DNA from: Myxococcota bacterium
Lineage (GTDB): Bacteria; Myxococcota; JACRCW01
Assembly (NCBI GenBank): GCA_040752415.1
Contig: JBFMGU010000044.1
Location: 1 to 51,914 of the forward strand
Direction of reading: 5' to 3'
DNA: 51,914 bases
Part shown: positions 46,676 through 51,914 of the stretch, one piece after another
Position numbering within the stretch: the stretch's first letter is position 1
How the letters are laid out: the number at the start of each line of letters is the position of its first letter
Position numbers and translations under genes: made by a program
Notes under the pieces: generated by a model
The model's database searches: none
The model's input: the letters and a program-made list of their open reading frames with translations, nothing else
Told to the model about the DNA's origin: nothing

Positions 46676-49108
46676 CTACGCGGTGGGAGTGTCCCCCGAC
46701 GGAAACCGCGGCAGCTCCACCGTGAAGGCCGTTCCCAGCCCCGGCGCGCTCTCCACCGTCACCGTGCCACCGTGCGCGTCCACGATCTGCTTGAGCACGT
46801 ACAGCCCCAGTCCGAGCCCGCCGTAGTGTCGCGCGGACACCGCCCGGGCAAAGGGCGCAAACAGGTGCACCTGGTCCTGCGGCGCAATGCCAATGCCCTG
46901 GTCGCGAACCGTCAGCCGCGCACGGGTCGGGGTCGCGGTCACCTCGACGTCCACGGGCTTGCCGCCGCCGAACTTGCACGCGTTGGTCAGCAGGTTGGTC
47001 AAGACCTGTCCCACGCGAACCCGGTCCCAGTGTCCCGTGGCCCCCGGGGCGGCGTGCAGGCGCACCGGGCAGCGCGCGCGTTCGAGCTCCCCTTGCAGCT
47101 GCGCGACCAGCTCTGTTGCCAGGTCGGCGAGATCGAACTCCTCGCGATGGAGCTCCAGCCGGCCGGAGGTGATCCGGGTGACGTCCAGGAGCGAATCCAC
47201 CAGCGTGTTGAGCTTGACGGTCTGTCGCTGCGCCTGCTCCAGCTGACGGAGCAGGGCTTCCCGCGGAACGGGCCCCTTGCGCACGCCGCGCAGCAGGTTC
47301 TGGAGACTCAGCAGCAACGGGGTCAACGGCGTGCGCAGCTCATGGCCAGCCACCGCGATGAACGTCTCCCGGGCGCGGATGGCCTCCTGGGCCTTGCGGT
47401 AGAGGTTGGCATTGTCCACCGCCAGGGCAACCCGATACGCCAGCTCCTCGGCGAGCGGGAGGTCGCTGGGGCGGTAACGCTCCGGGAGGCGGGACACCAG
47501 GGTGAGCGCCCCGGTGATGCGCTCCCGGAGCAGCAGCGGAACAATGAGCACGGAGCGCGTCCCCAGCTCACGCAGCGTGGCCGTGTCGTCGTCGTGACGG
47601 ACCAGCGTGCGCAGGACGTCTTCCGCCACATCCGTGATGAGCCGGTGCTGGCCCGTCTTGAGCACCGCAACCTGCGGCTGACTTGATCCCCAGGAAGGCG
47701 GGTTGTCCTGGAGCACCTGCGTCAACAACGCCGCCTTGGTGTCCTCCGCGTGTGCCCAGGCGGCGCGCCGGATCTGCCGCTCGTCGTCGACCACGTCCAG
47801 CACGCACCAGTCCGCCAGCGCACCCACCACGACGGGGGGGACATGGCGGAGGGTGTCCTGGTAGTCCAGCGATTCCGTCAGTGACGCGCTGGCGCGCGCC
47901 AGGAAAGCCGCCTTCTGCTCCGCGTGTCGGAGGTCGGCGATGGTTTCCTGCAGGTTGCCGAACAGCCCGCGGATCTGCGCGGCCATGCTGTTGAAGGTGG
48001 AGGCCAGGAGCCCCAGCTCGTTGTGGCTGACGACGTCAACGCGTGCGCCCAGGTCTCCGGAACGGATGCGCATGGCGGCGCCGGTCAGCTCCCGCAGCGG
48101 TCCCACCACCCAGCGCGAGAAGAGGCCGCTGATCATCATGGCGAGGAGCAGGGCCGCCACCAGCGCGCTGCCCATGAGGCCGAGCATCCGTCGGATGGGC
48201 GCGTACGCCTCACGCGTGGGCAGCTCCACCACGACGTCCCAGCTTGCGCTGTGGATGGGCGACGCCGCACCCACCACCTGGCTGCCGAGGAGGCCCCGGT
48301 ACGCGCGGGCGCGGGTGGGTCCGGAGCCCACGCGGATGTGCTGCACCACGGTGGAGCCGGACAGGTCCGCCAACCGGAGCTCAGGCGGCCAGTGCTCCCG
48401 CCCGGCAATGAGGAGGTTCCGGTTGTCGAGGACGTACGCGTACCCGGTCCGTCCCACGCCCACGCGGGCCACGTAGTGCCAGAGGAAGCGCAGGTTCACG
48501 CGGGCCACCAGCGCGCCGCGCACCCGGTCCTGCCGGTCGCGGATGGGCACGGCGAGGACGAAGGTGGGGAACCGCCTGGTGCCGCCAAGCTCCACCGGCC
48601 CCACGTAGTCCTCGCCCCGCTTGAACGCGTGACGGAAGGCGAGCGCCAGGGCCTGCTCACCCAGCTCGGCGTCCGCGCCGCTGGACCTCCTCGCCTTGAC
48701 CTTTCCGTCCGGGTCCAAGGTGGCGAGGACCTCGTAGGCACGATTGTGGCGCGCCAGCCCCTCCAGGAGGCGAAGTTGCACGTCGTCGCCCAGCTCGGCG
48801 AGGCCGGGCACCCGGGCCAGGTATCCCAGCTTGCGCTGAAGGTCTTCCAGGTACGCGTTGAGCTCCGCGGCCGCGGCCCGGCTGCGCTCAACCTGCAGCG
48901 TGCGCACCATCTCACGGTGGCTCTGGAGCGCCGTGGAGCTGAGCACGCCCCCGGTGGTGAGCACGCACAGGGCAACCATGCACGCCAATCCCACCCGTAC
49001 CTGGCGCGTCAGGGAGGACTGGGGGGGATTGGCGCTGGGCTCCGCAGCGGTCACGCCGTGACCGGTTTCCGTCCCGCCGGGATGGAGCGCATGACCGGAA
49101 TGCATCAC
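46676..49108 (-). CDS. Sensor histidine kinase (TM-dCache-TM-HAMP-GAF-HisKA-HATPase)
   Basis: YVGPV..LAVPI..GYAYVLD Cache pattern; NELGLLASTFNSM (HAMP); LADWC..DNANLY (GAF); HELRTPL, NLLTNA, DQGIG, GLGLGL. Start uncertain. Confidence 0.92.
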   Translation of the reverse strand: MMHSGHALHPGGTETGHGVTAAEPSANPPQSSLTRQVRVGLACMVALCVLTTGGVLSSTALQSHREMVRTLQVERSRAAAAELNAYLEDLQRKLGYLARVPGLAELGDDVQLRLLEGLARHNRAYEVLATLDPDGKVKARRSSGADAELGEQALALAFRHAFKRGEDYVGPVELGGTRRFPTFVLAVPIRDRQDRVRGALVARVNLRFLWHYVARVGVGRTGYAYVLDNRNLLIAGREHWPPELRLADLSGSTVVQHIRVGSGPTRARAYRGLLGSQVVGAASPIHSASWDVVVELPTREAYAPIRRMLGLMGSALVAALLLAMMISGLFSRWVVGPLRELTGAAMRIRSGDLGARVDVVSHNELGLLASTFNSMAAQIRGLFGNLQETIADLRHAEQKAAFLARASASLTESLDYQDTLRHVPPVVVGALADWCVLDVVDDERQIRRAAWAHAEDTKAALLTQVLQDNPPSWGSSQPQVAVLKTGQHRLITDVAEDVLRTLVRHDDDTATLRELGTRSVLIVPLLLRERITGALTLVSRLPERYRPSDLPLAEELAYRVALAVDNANLYRKAQEAIRARETFIAVAGHELRTPLTPLLLSLQNLLRGVRKGPVPREALLRQLEQAQRQTVKLNTLVDSLLDVTRITSGRLELHREEFDLADLATELVAQLQGELERARCPVRLHAAPGATGHWDRVRVGQVLTNLLTNACKFGGGKPVDVEVTATPTRARLTVRDQGIGIAPQDQVHLFAPFARAVSARHYGGLGLGLYVLKQIVDAHGGTVTVESAPGLGTAFTVELPRFPSGDTPTA

Positions 49109-49304
49109 GGTTCCCCACCGGCCTACCTAACGCTCCGGGTCACGTCGGACACCGCGCGGGGTCGCTCGAATCAACCGGTACGCTGGCCGCACGTCATGCC
49201 TTCGACCCGCCCAGCGGGCCGACGTGGGCGTGTCCGAGGACGGGATGTTGCGCATGGACCCGGTCCTGCGCGCGGGGGACGCTGCTGCGTGGGTCCCGGC
49301 GCGG

Positions 49305-49937
49305 TCACAGCCGCCGGAGCAGGCGCTGCAGGGCGTCCTCGTCGAGCTCAAGGCGGTAGACCGGGCCACCCTGGCGTCGGACCGGGGTCACCACCGCGCT
49401 GGACAGCCCAGCCTTGCGCAACCGGGCCTGGGCCTGACGCGCCACGGCACGCTCGGGGCGCTTCTTGCCCCGCGGCGCGCGCTCACGGACACGCCGCGTC
49501 AGCTCCGCCAGCTCACGCACCGAGAGGTCCTCGATCGCGTGGCCGTCGATGTCGCCGGAACGGAGCAGCGCGCGCACGGAAGGCTGGGCCTGGGCATGCG
49601 CGTAGCGCGTCAAGAGGTACGAGCGCTCCGGCCCCAGGCGCACCGCGGCCTCGCGCGGGACGTGGGTGGCCACGGCGATGAGCTTGCGGGCCTGCACGTC
49701 GCTGAGCAGCCGGCGGTCCGCCAGCATCTCCTCGAACGAGCGATATCCCAGCGCCACGTGCATGCGGTTGTTGGCGAGCTCCGCCAACGCCTCCCCGATC
49801 TCGAAGAAGGACTCCGTGATGGCCGCCATGTTGCGGGCGATGTGGGCCAGGAGCTCCTCCGCGCGCGACTTCATGCGCTCACGCGCGACAACGGCGTCGT
49901 GGCTCAGGCGGGTGGGAAGCTGCGTGGAAGGGGGCAT
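49305..49937 (-). CDS. DUF3102-like putative DNA-binding protein
   Basis: 210 aa; SFFEIGEALAEL...LGYRSFEEML...LSDVQARKLIAVA pattern; basic C-terminus. Family call made from memory. Confidence 0.7.
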   Translation of the reverse strand: MPPSTQLPTRLSHDAVVARERMKSRAEELLAHIARNMAAITESFFEIGEALAELANNRMHVALGYRSFEEMLADRRLLSDVQARKLIAVATHVPREAAVRLGPERSYLLTRYAHAQAQPSVRALLRSGDIDGHAIEDLSVRELAELTRRVRERAPRGKKRPERAVARQAQARLRKAGLSSAVVTPVRRQGGPVYRLELDEDALQRLLRRL

Positions 49938-49944
49938 GGGCGCC

Positions 49945-49983
49945 TCGCGAGGTAAGTGACTTACCCCGGAAGGTAAGACAGAG
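49945..49983. repeat. 39-bp double-palindromic site, copy B
   Basis: Lies 7 nt upstream of the ATG at 49937. Confidence 0.95.
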
Positions 49984-50259
49984 CGGGGATGGGTTCAACG
50001 CGAGGCGCGACCACCGCGAACGACGAGGTCTTTTTTGGCCCAATGCCAAACACCTCCCAGGTACCAGGCAACAAGGTGTCTGCATCCGCTTCGCCCACAG
50101 GGCCGACGCTGCATGGGGCCACCCCGTTGCCCCCATGGTGGTCGTCGCATACCTTGCGGACGTGCACGACGCGTCCTCTCATCGCACCGGTTCGCCCCGA
50201 CAGTGACTGCCCGGAACATCACAGGCCCAGACGGCTTGCCCCCGGATGGAGCAGATGCT

Positions 50260-51914
50260 GTGTATGCGCGCTGGCTGCTGCCGGCGTGTGTCGTGGGCGC
50301 GGCCGTTGCCGCTGTGGCACACCCGTGGCTCACCGGTGGCGAGCTGCTGGGCTCCGACCTCTTGAAGTACTTCCTGCCCATGCTGGGGCTCATGGAGGGC
50401 CGCATCCCGGTCCTGGAGGCGCCAGCCCTCAATCCCTACGTGGCCGGCGGCAACCCCTACTGGGCGGACATGCAGACCCAGGTGCTCTATCCGCCGGCGT
50501 GGTTCTTTAGCCTCGCTTCGCCGCCGCCCGCGGTCCTCATGTACCTGGCCTTCCACGCGGGCGTGGCAACGTGGGGCACGGCGCGCATGCTGCGCGCGCT
50601 GAGGTTGTCGCCGGTGGCCTGCTGCGCAGGAGCGCTCGCCTGGTCACTCAGTCCCTGGCTCATCCAGCACCAGGTGCACCTCACGTTCGTGGCCGTGGCG
50701 GCGTGGACGCCGTGGATTGGCGAACGCTTCCGCCTCGTCATGACGGCCGACCGCGCCTGGGAACACGCGCCGCAGCTCGCCGTCCTTTTCAGTGTTGCGG
50801 TGCTGGCCTCCAGCCCGGACATGATTCTCCTCGGCGCGATTCCCTTGCTGGCGATCCTGTTGTGGGACGTCGACCACCGCGGCGTGGCGGTCGCGTTGCG
50901 GCGGGGCTTGTGGGTTGCGGCGTGCGCGGCGGTGGCGTTGTTGCTGACGGCGCCGATGTGGATTCCGTCGCTGCGCTGGGTCCCTCATTCCATCCGCCCC
51001 ATGATGGTGAGCGCCGGAGTGCGTCCCTTCCCGCTTCTGCCGCCCACGCTCCTGCGCCTCCTGGCGCCGGGGATGCTCGGCAACCCGCTGGCCAACTACA
51101 GCGGTCCCGGCGCGGGTGGCGAGGAGGAGACCTTTCCCGGGCTCCTTGCGCTGCTGGCGGTGCCACTTGCGCTTCACATCCCGAGGCGCATTGCGGCGTG
51201 GGGCGGGTTTCTCGTTGTCACGGGGTACCTTCTCGGCTTCACCACCACTGCGGTGGCCGGGGTGAACCGCGTGCCCTCGCGTTTCGCGGTGGTCTCCATC
51301 TTCGGCGCCACGTTGCTCGGCGCGGCGGTCGTCGACGTGGCGCGGTCGGCTGGGTTTGCGGCGTTGCGTGGGCGGCTGGCGGCGTGGGCGGTGGCGTTGG
51401 CGTTTGCACAGCTCACCTTCGGGCGCACCGTCGAACACATCGACGACGCTGCCGCCGCATTTGCCGCCTCCAGCGTCGTGGCCACCGCGTTGACTCTGCT
51501 GCTGTGCGCAGCCGGTGTGGCGTGGGTGGGAATGCGCGGCGCACTCGGCGCGGTGTTGATCCTCCTGGCTGTTGGCGGGCATGGCGCGCACAACGCGTGG
51601 ATCCAGCAAGAGGTGTCGCCGGCGGGGACGTACGCGCGCCCCGGCGCCGCCCGCCCGGCCATTCGTCAGGCCGGCGGCTTCATGTTGGATGCACAGCCGG
51701 CATCCCATCTCGTCAATTTCGGGAGCGCCTGGCACGTGGCCACGCTGCGCGGCTATTCCCCGCTGGCGCCGCGTGCGACGTGGGATGTCCTGTCCCGCTT
51801 GGATGGTCACCCCAACCCCGCCTCGGATGGCACGTCCGCGCTTTCACTGATCGTCCGGCATCCCTATTCCAGCGCGTGGGAACAGCTGGGCGTGGGCAGC
51901 GTGCTCGACATGGC
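50260..51914 (+). CDS. YfhO-like polytopic membrane protein (GT-C type), 3'-partial
   Basis: Absent from the ORF track, apparently because it runs off the window. Hand translation of the 5' part gives SDLLKYFLP...LNPYVAGGNPYWADMQTQVLYPP followed by many TM segments. Alternative start 50203. Confidence 0.75.
   Translation, partial: MYARWLLPACVVGAAVAAVAHPWLTGGELLGSDLLKYFLPMLGLMEGRIPVLEAPALNPYVAGGNPYWADMQTQVLYPPAWFFSLASPPPAVLMYLAFHAGVATWGTARMLRALRLSPVACCAGALAWSLSPWLIQHQVHLTFVAVAAWTPWIGERFRLVMTADRAWEHAPQLAVLFSVAVLASSPDMILLGAIPLLAILLWDVDHRGVAVALRRGLWVAACAAVALLLTAPMWIPSLRWVPHSIRPMMVSAGVRPFPLLPPTLLRLLAPGMLGNPLANYSGPGAGGEEETFPGLLALLAVPLALHIPRRIAAWGGFLVVTGYLLGFTTTAVAGVNRVPSRFAVVSIFGATLLGAAVVDVARSAGFAALRGRLAAWAVALAFAQLTFGRTVEHIDDAAAAFAASSVVATALTLLLCAAGVAWVGMRGALGAVLILLAVGGHGAHNAWIQQEVSPAGTYARPGAARPAIRQAGGFMLDAQPASHLVNFGSAWHVATLRGYSPLAPRATWDVLSRLDGHPNPASDGTSALSLIVRHPYSSAWEQLGVGSVLDM

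Noticed and set aside
39228..49983. 39-bp repeats as a CRISPR array or as canonical attC/dif sites
   Set aside because: The copies are kilobases apart, lack RYYYAAC/GTTRRRY ends and do not resemble the XerC/XerD arm consensus.

Overview
High-GC, Myxococcota-like chromosomal window (MYXO-CTERM tail, Cys-rich lipoproteins, several Ser/Thr kinases). It carries about 38 protein genes and one tRNA-Cys. Core-type genes: an AddA/AddB-like helicase-nuclease pair, a PilZ protein, a CrtC/AttH-like hydratase, msrP, a GH2 glycosidase, a PspA-family gene, FKBP and cyclophilin PPIases, an MltF-like transglycosylase, a giant coiled-coil protein, two Ser/Thr kinases and a partial YfhO-like gene. Unexplained structure: (1) an ~11 kb segment (38.8-50.0 kb) bracketed by an intact and a decayed copy of a DUF3102-like gene and punctuated by three near-identical 39-bp double-palindromic sites, with distinct cargo blocks between them; (2) one cargo block is an apparent transporter-less nucleoside-sensing module (two BMP lipoproteins, a Tsx-like porin, a Cache-HAMP-GAF histidine kinase and a receiver); (3) two copies, 21 kb apart, of a 300-400 bp long-armed hairpin element with covariation and strand-biased G-U pairing; (4) an apparently circularly permuted esterase; (5) a frameshifted HEPN TA-like module and an orphan degenerate HepT. 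All family calls come from motifs recognised by eye; no database search was run.
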